From Bacteroidota bacterium (GTDB lineage Bacteria; Bacteroidota; Bacteroidia; Chitinophagales; Chitinophagaceae), in contig SYIK01000001.1 in assembly GCA_005798905.1 (NCBI GenBank), positions 140,443 to 204,442 of the forward strand: DNA of 64,000 nucleotides, read 5' to 3'. Positions 1 to 9,951 of this stretch are shown in pieces. Position 1 is the stretch's first letter. The number at the start of each line of letters is the position of its first letter. The position numbers and the translations under genes were made by a program. The notes below the pieces were generated by a model that was given only the letters and a program-made list of their open reading frames with translations, searched no databases and was not told the DNA's origin.

Positions 1-1497
1 ACTAAGCTGAACAAAAAAATCTTTTCCGTTGCTTGGTGCGTCCACACCGTATTTCAGCCAAGGAAATTGAAACACATCAAAGTAAGCATCCACTTTCCAT
101 GAGTTTGTTGGGCGAATTGAAATACCGGCAAATAATCCTTTTTCATTTTGTGGAAATGTGTTTTCAGTAAAAGCATTTCCGCCAACAGCTTGATATGTTT
201 TGCTAATATTTCGATACAAAATAGAAAAATCAAGTTTTGGATCAACACTAAAAAGCATCCCTTGCAAAATTGCTTTGTTGAAATTTTTATCAATGGCAAT
301 TTCTCCGAACGAATAAATATTTTTAAAACTATAATTATGATCCAAACTAAAATTGCTCCAATCTTTTCCATTGATTGCATATAAATTATAGGGCGCATCA
401 TTTTTATTGATTGTATTCGAAAACATATATTGAACTGCATTAATTGCAACATGATTATTTCCGAATTTATATTTTACTGTTCCGCCAAATGAAAATTGCC
501 CCAACTTGTTTTTATCTTGTATTTCACTTTCTGTACGGTGATAGCCGGAATTAAGAAAAGAAGAAACAACCTCTTCTTTCGAAAAAGTATCTTTTATAAA
601 ATTGGCACTTAGTTTTCGATACGAAATAAATGCTGTTGCTTCTGTATTTTTTTTCTGAATGGTAATTGCCGTTCCGCGATGAAATGAAAATTCGCCGGCA
701 GAATTGTACGGCAATAAAGTAGCGGCTTGTTTTTCAATTGATGTCATCACTACACTTTTTCCAAAGCTTAGTTGTTGCCATTGAATCAAGCCCTGTCCCA
801 TGTTTACGGTAAAATCGCCAAGTGCAAACGAACGAATATTTTTTTTCTTTCTTATAAAAAAATGAAAGGAATAAAAATCAAATCCTGTTTTTTGATTGCC
901 ACTAAAAAATTGTTCGCCAGCATCTTTTTCTCCGGTAAATCCATATTGCAATTCATTGCCCATTTGATAACGATAGCGTAAAAATATTTTTTGTGGCGAT
1001 CCTAAATATTTTTTGCCCGGAGTTGGATAATTGTTAAACCCTTTTGCTTTTTCAAGCACTTGCGAAGTTCGAAATAAAAAAATATGTTGTCCGTCGGATA
1101 AAATTTTCGATTTGCTAAAATTGAAAAGTTGCGGTTCGCCAATTATAACATAAGGAATTATTTTTTTGATCGTTGAAATATCCCAACTCGGAATTGATTG
1201 CAATTCATAAATACTCGAAATAGAACCAATCAATTTTTTATAAGAAAAAAAACTGGCGATTTGCAAACCCGACAACATTTTTAATTCTTTCAATTCCTTT
1301 TCTGTCGCACTGTTTAGCCGAATTGGATGTTTTAAAAAATATTCTAATTGTTGTAAATAACTATCATCTTCAATATCAAAATCTAACTGACTGGCGCTAT
1401 TTTCCAATTGTTGTTCGTGGCCTGTTGCAACAATTTGCGCTTTGCAAAAAATTTGCAAAAACAAGAAAGAACAAATTAAAAAAACAAATTTTTTCAT
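1..1497 (-). CDS. Helix-hairpin-helix (ComEA-like) domain protein with putative outer-membrane beta-barrel; 3' end runs off the window
   Basis: This minus-strand frame is open from the ATG (revcomp of cat 1495-1497) to the window edge, which is why it is missing from the ORF track. My translation starts MKKFVFLICSFLFLQIFCKAQ (signal peptide). It continues LNSATEKELKELKMLSGLQIASFF...IYELQSIPSWDISTIKKIIPYV (HhH pair), then aromatic-rich amphipathic strands (FSFGGTVKYKFGNNHVAINAVQYMF, WKVDAYFDVFQFPW). The ATG overlaps the upstream gene's stop (ATGA). Confidence 0.7.
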   Translation of the reverse strand, partial: MKKFVFLICSFLFLQIFCKAQIVATGHEQQLENSASQLDFDIEDDSYLQQLEYFLKHPIRLNSATEKELKELKMLSGLQIASFFSYKKLIGSISSIYELQSIPSWDISTIKKIIPYVIIGEPQLFNFSKSKILSDGQHIFLFRTSQVLEKAKGFNNYPTPGKKYLGSPQKIFLRYRYQMGNELQYGFTGEKDAGEQFFSGNQKTGFDFYSFHFFIRKKKNIRSFALGDFTVNMGQGLIQWQQLSFGKSVVMTSIEKQAATLLPYNSAGEFSFHRGTAITIQKKNTEATAFISYRKLSANFIKDTFSKEEVVSSFLNSGYHRTESEIQDKNKLGQFSFGGTVKYKFGNNHVAINAVQYMFSNTINKNDAPYNLYAINGKDWSNFSLDHNYSFKNIYSFGEIAIDKNFNKAILQGMLFSVDPKLDFSILYRNISKTYQAVGGNAFTENTFPQNEKGLFAGISIRPTNSWKVDAYFDVFQFPWLKYGVDAPSNGKDFFVQLS

Positions 1498-2306
1498 TTT
1501 TGTTTTCTTTTGAAATTATAAAAAAAATAAAGCCCCGGAGTTATTCCTAATTGAGGATGGTGGCTCGTAACAACATCTATCCGAAACGATTTAAAAAAAT
1601 AGCCGACACCAAAATAAATAAGTGCAGTATTGGTTTCTATTCCACCTCGCGCTAAAATTTGTGGCAAAAAACGATACTGTATTCCCAATTTTACAAACGG
1701 CAATTGTTGTTTTTCTTTTTCTAATTCTACGGCAAGAAAAAATTTATCGAAAGGTTTGTAGCCAACTCCAAATTTGTAATTTGATGCAAATTTTATTTCG
1801 GTATTTTTTTCATTATTTATTTCTATCGGATTGTATGTATTAAATGCAAAATGAAAATTTTCATTCAACTGAAATAATAGCCCAACTGAATAATTTACAA
1901 ATGAAGATTTTCCATAAGATGCAACAGTTATTTTATCATAATCAAATTGAACGCCAATGTCGAAATTAGTTCCGAGTTTTCGTGCATACACAAGCCCCAA
2001 AGCTGTTTCATTGTAATTGTTGAAACCAAAATAACTTGTTTTAATTCCAAAATTTCCGGAACGAGTTGGAATTGCAGTTGCTGTTTGAATAAAACTGAGT
2101 TCGTTCAACAAGTATTTTTTTTCGAAATAAATTCCTACAGATGGTTGTTTAAAATTCGCCAACGAAGCCGGATTGGAAGTAATAGAAAAAACATCATTTG
2201 AAAAATTACCAAATGCACCTACCGAAAACTGTGGGTGGTGAACCGTTTGTGCATTTACAAAAAAATGAAAAAATACAAACGGAAGTAGGAAAGAAATTAC
2301 TTTCAA
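1494..2306 (-). CDS. Putative outer-membrane beta-barrel protein (family not recognised with certainty)
   Basis: 270-aa ORF with signal peptide MKVISFLLPFVFFHFFVNAQ. Alternating hydrophobic/aromatic strand pattern with an aromatic-rich C-terminal region (GLYFFYNF, followed by a basic KRKQK tail). Stop overlaps the downstream HhH gene start (ATGA). Confidence 0.55.
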   Translation of the reverse strand: MKVISFLLPFVFFHFFVNAQTVHHPQFSVGAFGNFSNDVFSITSNPASLANFKQPSVGIYFEKKYLLNELSFIQTATAIPTRSGNFGIKTSYFGFNNYNETALGLVYARKLGTNFDIGVQFDYDKITVASYGKSSFVNYSVGLLFQLNENFHFAFNTYNPIEINNEKNTEIKFASNYKFGVGYKPFDKFFLAVELEKEKQQLPFVKLGIQYRFLPQILARGGIETNTALIYFGVGYFFKSFRIDVVTSHHPQLGITPGLYFFYNFKRKQK

Positions 2307-2399
2307 ACGACAGGTTTTGATTTTAAAATAATTTTGATTGATTACAAGTTACTAAAGTCGTATTAATACAAAAAGTAATTTATTCTCATTAGTTTTCCT

Positions 2400-2430
2400 T
2401 TTGAACAGAATTTCTTTGCGCCTACCTTTG
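2400..2430 (+). promoter_or_regulatory. Bacteroidota sigma-A type promoter (-33 TTTG / -7 TACCTTTG) for folD
   Basis: TTTG at 2400-2403, a 19-nt spacer, then TACCTTTG at 2423-2430, which matches the TAnnTTTG consensus. The ATG is only 4 nt downstream. Confidence 0.5.
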
Positions 2431-2434
2431 CTTC

Positions 2435-3310
2435 ATGCAAATTTTAGACGGGAAAATTTCTTCTCAAGCAATTAAAAATCAATTAAAAGAAAAGGTTACT
2501 CAATTGAGTGCTGCCAGAAAAAAAATTCCGCACTTGGCCGCAATTCTTGTTGGGTCAAACGGCGCAAGCGAAACCTATGTTGCGGCTAAAGTAAAAGCAT
2601 GCGAAGAAGTAGGATTTATTTCCACATTGGTAAGATTAGAAACAACTATTTCTGAAAAAGAATTAATTACAGAAATAGAAAAATTGAATAGTAACCAAGC
2701 TATTGACGGAATTTTAGTTCAACTTCCCTTGCCAAAACATATTTCGGAAACGGCAATCATCAATGCAATTTCTCCGGCAAAAGACGTAGATGGTTTTCAT
2801 CCAATCAATGTGGGCAATTTGGTGCAAGGAAATTCGAGTTTTGTTTCTGCAACGCCTTTCGGCATCATACTTTTATTACAACATTATAAAATTGAAACCA
2901 AAGGAATGCATGCCGTAGTAATTGGGCGCAGCAATATTGTAGGAAGGCCGATGAGTATTTTATTGAGTGAAAATAAAAACCCCGGTAATTGTACGGTTAC
3001 TTTATGCCATTCCCAAACCAAAAACATGAAAGCAATTTGTCAACAAGCCGATCTTATTATTGCTGCATTAGGGAAACCAAAATTTGTAACTGCCGACATG
3101 GTTAAAGAAGGTGCGATAGTAATTGATGTTGGGATTACAAGATTGGAAGATGCAACAAAAAAAACCGGATATAAATTAGTTGGCGATGTGGATTTTGATA
3201 ATGTAGCTCCAAAAACTTCGTGGATTACTCCTGTTCCCGGTGGCGTTGGCCCCATGACTATTGCCGCACTTTTACAAAATACTTTTCATTCCTGTTCACA
3301 GAAAAATTAA
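2435..3310 (+). CDS. folD: Bifunctional methylenetetrahydrofolate dehydrogenase / methenyl-THF cyclohydrolase
   Basis: 291 aa. Starts MQILDGK, typical of FolD. Contains ILVG..GASETYV..K, GILVQLPLP, VVIGRSNIVGRP and PGGVGPMT. Confidence 0.95.
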   Translation: MQILDGKISSQAIKNQLKEKVTQLSAARKKIPHLAAILVGSNGASETYVAAKVKACEEVGFISTLVRLETTISEKELITEIEKLNSNQAIDGILVQLPLPKHISETAIINAISPAKDVDGFHPINVGNLVQGNSSFVSATPFGIILLLQHYKIETKGMHAVVIGRSNIVGRPMSILLSENKNPGNCTVTLCHSQTKNMKAICQQADLIIAALGKPKFVTADMVKEGAIVIDVGITRLEDATKKTGYKLVGDVDFDNVAPKTSWITPVPGGVGPMTIAALLQNTFHSCSQKN

Positions 3311-3328
3311 TAAAGAATCAATTTAATA

Positions 3329-3952
3329 ATGATTGATAAATCCATCAATAAAAAAAGTGCGGTGCCTGTAATGGAGCAATTCTACACGCTGCAAGGCGAG
3401 GGATTTCACCAAGGCAAGGCTGCTTATTTTATTCGGCTTGGCGGATGTGATGTGGGTTGTACTTGGTGCGATGTAAAAGATAGTTGGGATGCTGAAAAAC
3501 ATCCTTGTTTTGAAATTGAAAACTTGTGTGATGAAGTAAAAAAAACTGCAGCAAAAATTGTTGTAATTACCGGCGGCGAACCGTTAATGCATGATTTGAA
3601 TTACTTAACAAATGAACTGCAAAAATTAGGATTGAAAACAAACCTCGAAACTTCAGGCGCATATCCACTTAGCGGTAACTGGGACTGGATTTGTCTTTCG
3701 CCAAAAAAATTCAAAGCGCCACTGCCCGAAAATCTTTCTTTTGCGAACGAATTAAAAGTGGTTGTTTTTAATAAATCTGATTTTGCATGGGCCGAAAATC
3801 ATGCAAAAAATGTTTCGCCCAATTGCAAATTATACTTGCAACCCGAATGGGGAAAATTTGCAGAAATGATGCCATTAATTGTTGACTATATTAAAACAAA
3901 CCCACAATGGGAACTTAGTCTTCAGATTCATAAATACATAAATGTTCCATAA
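3329..3952 (+). CDS. queE: 7-carboxy-7-deazaguanine synthase (radical SAM)
   Basis: 207 aa. Contains EQFYTLQGEG, a radical-SAM cluster motif GGCDVGCTWCD (CX3CX2C), ITGGEPL and the C-terminal QPEW...LQIHKY pattern typical of QueE. Confidence 0.85.
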   Translation: MIDKSINKKSAVPVMEQFYTLQGEGFHQGKAAYFIRLGGCDVGCTWCDVKDSWDAEKHPCFEIENLCDEVKKTAAKIVVITGGEPLMHDLNYLTNELQKLGLKTNLETSGAYPLSGNWDWICLSPKKFKAPLPENLSFANELKVVVFNKSDFAWAENHAKNVSPNCKLYLQPEWGKFAEMMPLIVDYIKTNPQWELSLQIHKYINVP

Positions 3953-4012
3953 AGATTTTAGCCATTCGCCAATAATAAATAGATAGTTTCGTTATCCATT
4001 TTTAATATTGCA

Positions 4013-5926
4013 ATGAAGTATTTTTTAAAATTAATTTTATTCGTCGCCATTACTTGTGAAGCTTTTTCTCAATCCAAAAATTCGACGCAACTTAATGAAA
4101 TTGTAAAAAAAAATTACGAAGCCGCCATTAACAAAGCAATAGAAAAAGAATATTCACAAGCAATTGTTCTTCTTCAACAAATCATCGAAACAGATTCCAA
4201 TTATGTAGATGCTTATTTATCGTTGGCGGGTGTTTATGCAGAAATAAAAAACCACGCAGCTGCAATTTCCTATTTTGAAAAAGCATTTATAAAAGACAGT
4301 GCGCGAACTTTTTTTTATAATTTACCTTACGCTATAAACCTTGCCGGCAATGGCGAATTTGAAAAAGCAATTCAAACTTTAAATAAATATTTATCGAATA
4401 ATCAGCATGGCGAAACAGCTCGCAAAGCCGGTGAATATCGAAAAAAATGTTTTGAATTTGCAATTGAACAACAAAAGAAAAGTTTAGATAATAGCTATCA
4501 ATTCGTTCCAATAAATATGGGTGATTCTATCAACAGCAACGAATCGGAATATTTTCCTTCGCTGACAATTGATGGAAGCGAATTGGTTTTTACACGCAAT
4601 GTTGGAAATACCAATGAAGATTTTTTTTCTTCGAAAGCATTAAATAAAACCTGGGAAAAAGCTGTACCACTTTTAGGTAATGTAAATACAAAGTTGAATG
4701 AAGGCGCACAAAACATTTCGCAAGACGGGCAGTGGCTTGTATTTACAGCTTGCAACCGAAGCGATAGTTGGGGCGGATGCGATATTTATATTTCTTACTT
4801 TACAAAAACTGGTTGGAGCGAAGCCATCAATCTCGGTGGCAATATCAATTCGGATCAATGGGATTCGCAGCCTTGTTTATCGCCCGATAAAAAAGATCTT
4901 TATTTCGCAAGCCGCAGATGGGGCGGATTTGGAGGAAGCGATATTTATGTTTCGCATTTATTGCCCAATGGAAATTGGAGCATTCCGGAAAATCTTGGCC
5001 CCGAAATAAATACAAAAGGAGATGAAAGTTCACCGTTTATTCATTCTGATAATCAAACATTATTTTTTACTTCCAATGGTTTGGTTGGTTATGGCGGAGA
5101 TGATTTGTTTTTAATTCGTAAGGGACCAAATGCGGTTTGGAGTCAACTCGAAAATTTAGGGTTTCCAATCAATACAATTCATCAAGAAGGAACATTGTTT
5201 GTAGCTGCAAATGCAACAACAGCTTATTATTCCAGCAATAAAAGTGATAGCCGTGGCGGTTTGGATATCTATAGTTTTGAATTGCCAAAACATATTCGTG
5301 CACAAAAAACACTTTGGATAAAAGGAGTTGTGTTTGATAAAAAAACGTTGCAAGGTTTGCCCGCAACGGTAGAATTGACCGAGCTTGAAACCAGTCGTTT
5401 GGTTTCAACAATTCAAACAGATGAAAAAGGAAATTATTTAATGACATTGCCCGTCGGAAAAAATTACGCGTTCACGGTCAATCGTAAAAACTATTTGTTT
5501 TATTCCGATAATTTTTTATTGAAACAAAATGATTCTGATTCAGCTTATGAAAAAAATATTGCATTGCAACCAATTGAAATAAATGCAGCTATAATTCTGA
5601 AAAATATTTTTTTTGATAATGCAAAATCAAATTTAAAAATTGAATCGCAATTAGAATTAGAAAAAATTGTTCAACTGCTTACACTCAATCCATCTTTACA
5701 AATACAAATTAGTGGCCATACCGATAATATCGGAAAAGAAATTGACAACAATTTACTTTCGGAAAATAGAGCAAATGCTGTTGTTTCTTTTTTAATTGAT
5801 AAAGGTGTTTCGAAAAATCGACTTACAAGCAAAGGTTTTGGCGATACGAAACCAATTGCCACCAACGAAACGGAGCAAGGACGAACTCAAAACAGAAGAA
5901 CTGAAATGAAAATTACTGCACATTAA
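4013..5926 (+). CDS. OmpA-family periplasmic/outer-membrane protein with N-terminal TPR and TolB-like WD40 beta-propeller repeats
   Basis: 637 aa with a signal peptide and a TPR-like region (AYLSLAGVYAEIKNHAAAISYFEKA). Repeated E..P..S.DG..L.F.S motifs resemble a TolB-like propeller. The C-terminal OmpA domain reads NIFFDNAKSNL...ISGHTDNIG....N..LS..RA..V...L...G......GFG...P......E.GR..NRRTE. Confidence 0.8.
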   Translation: MKYFLKLILFVAITCEAFSQSKNSTQLNEIVKKNYEAAINKAIEKEYSQAIVLLQQIIETDSNYVDAYLSLAGVYAEIKNHAAAISYFEKAFIKDSARTFFYNLPYAINLAGNGEFEKAIQTLNKYLSNNQHGETARKAGEYRKKCFEFAIEQQKKSLDNSYQFVPINMGDSINSNESEYFPSLTIDGSELVFTRNVGNTNEDFFSSKALNKTWEKAVPLLGNVNTKLNEGAQNISQDGQWLVFTACNRSDSWGGCDIYISYFTKTGWSEAINLGGNINSDQWDSQPCLSPDKKDLYFASRRWGGFGGSDIYVSHLLPNGNWSIPENLGPEINTKGDESSPFIHSDNQTLFFTSNGLVGYGGDDLFLIRKGPNAVWSQLENLGFPINTIHQEGTLFVAANATTAYYSSNKSDSRGGLDIYSFELPKHIRAQKTLWIKGVVFDKKTLQGLPATVELTELETSRLVSTIQTDEKGNYLMTLPVGKNYAFTVNRKNYLFYSDNFLLKQNDSDSAYEKNIALQPIEINAAIILKNIFFDNAKSNLKIESQLELEKIVQLLTLNPSLQIQISGHTDNIGKEIDNNLLSENRANAVVSFLIDKGVSKNRLTSKGFGDTKPIATNETEQGRTQNRRTEMKITAH

Positions 5927-5996
5927 GTTGGATTGATTAAAATTAAAACCTACGAAAACAGCTTTTTGATTATTTGCAAATTTGTTATATTCGGCT

Positions 5997-7100
5997 ATGG
6001 CAAATGATTTGCTTTTTCAACTTGCACTTTCAGAAGTTTCGCAAATTGGATGCGTACAAGCCAAGTTGCTTATTGAACATTTTGGAGATGCTGCTTCCAT
6101 TTTCAATGCAAAAGAATCTCAATTAAAAACACTTGACGGAATTGGCGAAATAAGAGCTAAAAAAATAAAATCATTTTCCAATTTTAAAAAAGCAGAAGAA
6201 GAAATTGCGTTTATCGAAAAGTATAAAATTCAACCACTCTTTATCACCGATAAAAATTATCCGCAACGATTATTAAATTGTTACGACTCCCCCACCATGC
6301 TGTTTTATAAAGGTGATGCTGATTTAAATGTTTCAAAAATTATTTCGATAGTCGGAACACGCTCCAATACTAATTATGCAAAACAAATAGTTGAAAAATT
6401 AATTACTGAACTTGCTTCACAAAATATACTCATCATTAGCGGAATGGCGCTGGGTGTAGATGCACTTGCTCATAAAAACGCAATTAAAAATGAACTGAGC
6501 ACGATCGGCGTTTTAGCTCACGGTTTAGACCAAATTTATCCATCGACGCATGCAAATCTTGCTAAAGAAATGTTGAAAAATAATGGGGGATTATTAACCG
6601 AATTTCAAAGTAAAACAAAACCAGACAAACATAATTTTCCAATCCGAAATAGAATTGTTGCCGGAATAAGTGATGCGACAATTGTAATTGAAACGGATAT
6701 TAAAGGCGGCAGTTTGATTACGGCAGAATTAGCAAACGGCTATAATAGAGATGTGTTTGCGGTTCCCGGAAAATTAACCGACAAAAAAAGTAGCGGATGC
6801 AATTACCTTATTCGAAACAACAAAGCAATACTTTTTACCGAAGCAAAAGAATTATTAGCCGTAATGGGTTGGGAAGAAAAAACGAAAGCAAAAACGAAAA
6901 AACAAAAAACACTTTTTGTGGAATTTAGCAAAGAAGAAAAAATTATTGTAGACCTTTTACAAGAGCAAGAATTAGTTTCAATAGATGAGTTGAAATTAAA
7001 AAGTAATCTTAGCAATTCAATTTTTGCAACAGCAATGCTAAACTTGGAGCTGCAAGGAATTGTAAATTCATTACCAGGAAAAATTTACACACTTTCTTAA
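5997..7100 (+). CDS. dprA: DNA-processing protein DprA (Smf)
   Basis: Contains IVGTR..T.YA, SGMALGVDA.AH, VLAHGLD.IYP..H, NFP.RNRI.AG and GGSLITA..A....R.VFAVPG. The ORF track starts at TTG 5982; I prefer the ATG at 5997. Confidence 0.85.
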   Translation: MANDLLFQLALSEVSQIGCVQAKLLIEHFGDAASIFNAKESQLKTLDGIGEIRAKKIKSFSNFKKAEEEIAFIEKYKIQPLFITDKNYPQRLLNCYDSPTMLFYKGDADLNVSKIISIVGTRSNTNYAKQIVEKLITELASQNILIISGMALGVDALAHKNAIKNELSTIGVLAHGLDQIYPSTHANLAKEMLKNNGGLLTEFQSKTKPDKHNFPIRNRIVAGISDATIVIETDIKGGSLITAELANGYNRDVFAVPGKLTDKKSSGCNYLIRNNKAILFTEAKELLAVMGWEEKTKAKTKKQKTLFVEFSKEEKIIVDLLQEQELVSIDELKLKSNLSNSIFATAMLNLELQGIVNSLPGKIYTLS

Positions 7101-7109
7101 AAAATTTCA

Positions 7110-7142
7110 TTTGGTGTATAAACCAGATCCCCGCTATCTTTG
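7110..7142 (+). promoter_or_regulatory. Sigma-A type promoter (-33 TTTG / -7 TATCTTTG) for guaB
   Basis: TTTG at 7110-7113, a 21-nt spacer, then TATCTTTG at 7135-7142. The ATG at 7146 is 3 nt downstream. Confidence 0.45.
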
Positions 7143-7145
7143 CAC

Positions 7146-8642
7146 ATGGCAACAAGAAATACTCCCCCCCGAAAAAAAACAGAAAATAAAATAGTTAAAG
7201 AAGGATTAACCTTTGACGATGTATTGTTAGTTCCTGGTTACAGTTTGGTATTGCCAAGAGAAACATCAGTCAAAACAAAGCTCACAAAAGATATTTCACT
7301 CAATATTCCTGTTCTTTCTGCTGCAATGGACACTGTTACTGAAGCAACTTTAGCTATCGCATTAGCAAGAGAAGGCGGGCTTGGAATACTACATAAAAAC
7401 ATGAGTATTGAGCAACAAGCTGCACAAGTTCGAAAAGTAAAAAGAAGTGAAAACGGATTAATATTAGATCCCATTACGCTTTTAGAAAACGCAACTATTG
7501 GAAGAGCTATTCAATTGATGAGTGAAAATAAAATTGGTGGGATTCCTATTATTGATAATTCTGGTCGGTTAACTGGAATTCTTACCAATCGTGATTTACG
7601 ATTTGAAAATGACTTATCGAGAAAAGTAAGTGAAGTAATGACAAAAGAAAATCTTGTAATTGCTCCGGAAGGAACTGATTTAAAAAAAGCAGAAAAAATT
7701 TTACGACAATATAAAATTGAAAAACTACCTGTTGTAAATAAAGCGGGAAAATTAATTGGATTAATTACTTACCGCGACATTATGCAACTTTACAATCACC
7801 CCAATGCAATTAAAGATTCTTTTGGCAGATTATTAGTTGGTGCTGGTGTTGGAATTACTTCCGATTACCTCGATCGAGTTTCGGCTTTGCAACAAGTTGC
7901 TGTTGATATTATTTGTTTGGACAGTGCACATGGACATAGTAAAGGAGTTATTGATGCTTTAAAAAATATTAAAAAGAATTTTAAAAAAATAAATGTTATT
8001 GCAGGAAATATTGCAACAGCCGAAGGTGCAAAATCCTTGGTACAAGCAGGGGCGGATGCAATAAAAGTTGGAATCGGTCCCGGTTCAATTTGCACCACAA
8101 GAATTGTTGCAGGTGCGGGAGTACCTCAACTTACTGCCGTGATGGACGCTTATTCTTATTTAAAAACAAAAAACATTCCACTAATTGCAGATGGAGGAAT
8201 TCGTTTTACAGGCGATATGGTAAAAGCGTTAGCAGCAGGTGCTGATGCAATAATGATGGGAAGTGTATTTGCAGGAACAGAAGAAAGCCCCGGCGATACA
8301 ATAATTTACGAAGGAAGAAAATTTAAAGAATATAGAGGAATGGGTTCTTTGGGTGCAATGAGTGTTGGTAGCAGTGATCGTTATTTTCAAAATACAGAAG
8401 AAGATAAAAAGAAATATGTACCAGAAGGAATTGAAGGCAGAGTTGCATACAAAGGGACTTTGAAGGAAATCGTTCATCAATTTACCGGCGGTCTTCGTGC
8501 GGGAATGGGTTATTGTGGTGCAAAAAATATTAACGAACTTAAAAAAGCTTCCTTTATAAAAATTACCAATGCAGGTATGAAAGAAAGCCACGCACATGAC
8601 GTGGATATTACAAGAGAAGCACCAAACTACAGCAGCAAATAA
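7146..8642 (+). CDS. guaB: IMP dehydrogenase
   Basis: Contains [11 protein letters not shown], a CBS pair, the catalytic loop [26 protein letters not shown] and GMGS.GAM. The track's TTG at 7140 is probably not used; the ATG is at 7146. Confidence 0.95.
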   Translation: MATRNTPPRKKTENKIVKEGLTFDDVLLVPGYSLVLPRETSVKTKLTKDISLNIPVLSAAMDTVTEATLAIALAREGGLGILHKNMSIEQQAAQVRKVKRSENGLILDPITLLENATIGRAIQLMSENKIGGIPIIDNSGRLTGILTNRDLRFENDLSRKVSEVMTKENLVIAPEGTDLKKAEKILRQYKIEKLPVVNKAGKLIGLITYRDIMQLYNHPNAIKDSFGRLLVGAGVGITSDYLDRVSALQQVAVDIICLDSAHGHSKGVIDALKNIKKNFKKINVIAGNIATAEGAKSLVQAGADAIKVGIGPGSICTTRIVAGAGVPQLTAVMDAYSYLKTKNIPLIADGGIRFTGDMVKALAAGADAIMMGSVFAGTEESPGDTIIYEGRKFKEYRGMGSLGAMSVGSSDRYFQNTEEDKKKYVPEGIEGRVAYKGTLKEIVHQFTGGLRAGMGYCGAKNINELKKASFIKITNAGMKESHAHDVDITREAPNYSSK

Positions 8643-8677
8643 TTAGCCCCTATTTATTATAATTTCAATAATAAAAT

Positions 8678-9829
8678 GTGAAAAAAATTGTACTTGTTTT
8701 TTTAATTTTATTTTCGTTTGCAGCCACTGCTCAAATTGATTCATTAAATAAACAAGATTGCTCGCTTCGAATCAGCTTACTCACTTGTGCTCCAGGACAA
8801 GAACTTTATTCAACTTTCGGACATAGTGCCATTCGTGTTACCAACACGAAAACCAGCAGTGATTTAGTTTATAATTATGGAACTTTTGAATTTGACGACC
8901 CGTATTTTATCCAAAAATTTATTCATGGAAATTTAGAGTATTTTATTTCTGTTGATTCTTTTCCACTTTTTATTTGGGAATATCAATATTATCATCGGGG
9001 AGTAACGGAACAATTGTTAAACTTAAGTTGTGATGAAAAAAATAAAATCGAAGCTGCACTTTTAGAAAATATAAAAGAAGAAAACAAATTTTATCGTTAC
9101 GATTTCACTTTCGATAATTGCACAACTCGAATTAGAGATTTGTTAAAAAGCAACTCCTCCGATTCAATACAAACCAAAAATATACTTCCCAATGAAACCA
9201 CGAGTTTCAGAAATTTATTGCATGAATATTTAGATACAAGTGGAAGAAACTGGAGTAAATTGGGAATTGACATTTTACTCGGAAGTGATTTGGACAGAAC
9301 GATTTCTAATAACGAAGCCATGTTTTTGCCAGACTATTTATTACACGCAGCAGATTCTAGTAACAGTTTCAATGGTAATTTAGTTTTAGAAAAAACAACA
9401 TTGCTACCAATTACAGTATTCCAAAACATAAAATCTTTTTTTACTCCATTTTTAATTTTCAGTATTTTCTTTTTACTAATTATTATTTTAAGTTTAATAA
9501 ATTCAACTCAACCCATTTTAAAGTTTTTCGACTTATTCTTTTTCTTCAGTTGCGGAGCTTTAGGTTTTTTCTTATTGTATATGGGATATTTTACCACGCA
9601 TTCGATGTTTAAAAACAATTTCAATTTGCTATGGGCTTTGCCGACACATTTAGTTGTATCGTTTATGATTTTTAGTACATCAAAATGGATAAAAAAATAT
9701 TTTCGAATTAGTTTTTATATTAATTTATTATTAATGGCAAGCTGGTGGTTTCTTCCACAAGAAATGAATATTGCTTTATTGCCACTTGTTGGGATTTCCA
9801 CGGTTCGATCTTTTTTTAGAAGTAAATAA
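8678..9829 (+). CDS. DUF4105-type (Lnb N-terminal domain-like) membrane protein
   Basis: 383 aa with a GTG start and signal peptide. The motif ISLLTCAPGQELYSTFGHSAIRV is, as I recall, typical of DUF4105. The C-terminal half has several hydrophobic helices. Confidence 0.65.
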   Translation: MKKIVLVFLILFSFAATAQIDSLNKQDCSLRISLLTCAPGQELYSTFGHSAIRVTNTKTSSDLVYNYGTFEFDDPYFIQKFIHGNLEYFISVDSFPLFIWEYQYYHRGVTEQLLNLSCDEKNKIEAALLENIKEENKFYRYDFTFDNCTTRIRDLLKSNSSDSIQTKNILPNETTSFRNLLHEYLDTSGRNWSKLGIDILLGSDLDRTISNNEAMFLPDYLLHAADSSNSFNGNLVLEKTTLLPITVFQNIKSFFTPFLIFSIFFLLIIILSLINSTQPILKFFDLFFFFSCGALGFFLLYMGYFTTHSMFKNNFNLLWALPTHLVVSFMIFSTSKWIKKYFRISFYINLLLMASWWFLPQEMNIALLPLVGISTVRSFFRSK

Positions 9830-9951
9830 TTGTCATCCGAATTCCTGTTAATTATTTCATGAATTATACATTACAATTTCTAAATTCATATATTTACTAC
9901 TCTTAAAAAGCATATGATGCTAACCTAAAAATTCAAACTCTTTTTTAATCA

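Noticed and set aside
54-1550. Short ORFs in the track (54-452 minus, 148-384 plus, 772-981 plus, 1323-1550 plus)
   Set aside because: A different minus-strand frame is open for the whole interval 1-1497 and encodes a coherent protein (signal peptide, HhH, barrel). The short ORFs are frame shadows with low-complexity, implausible sequences.
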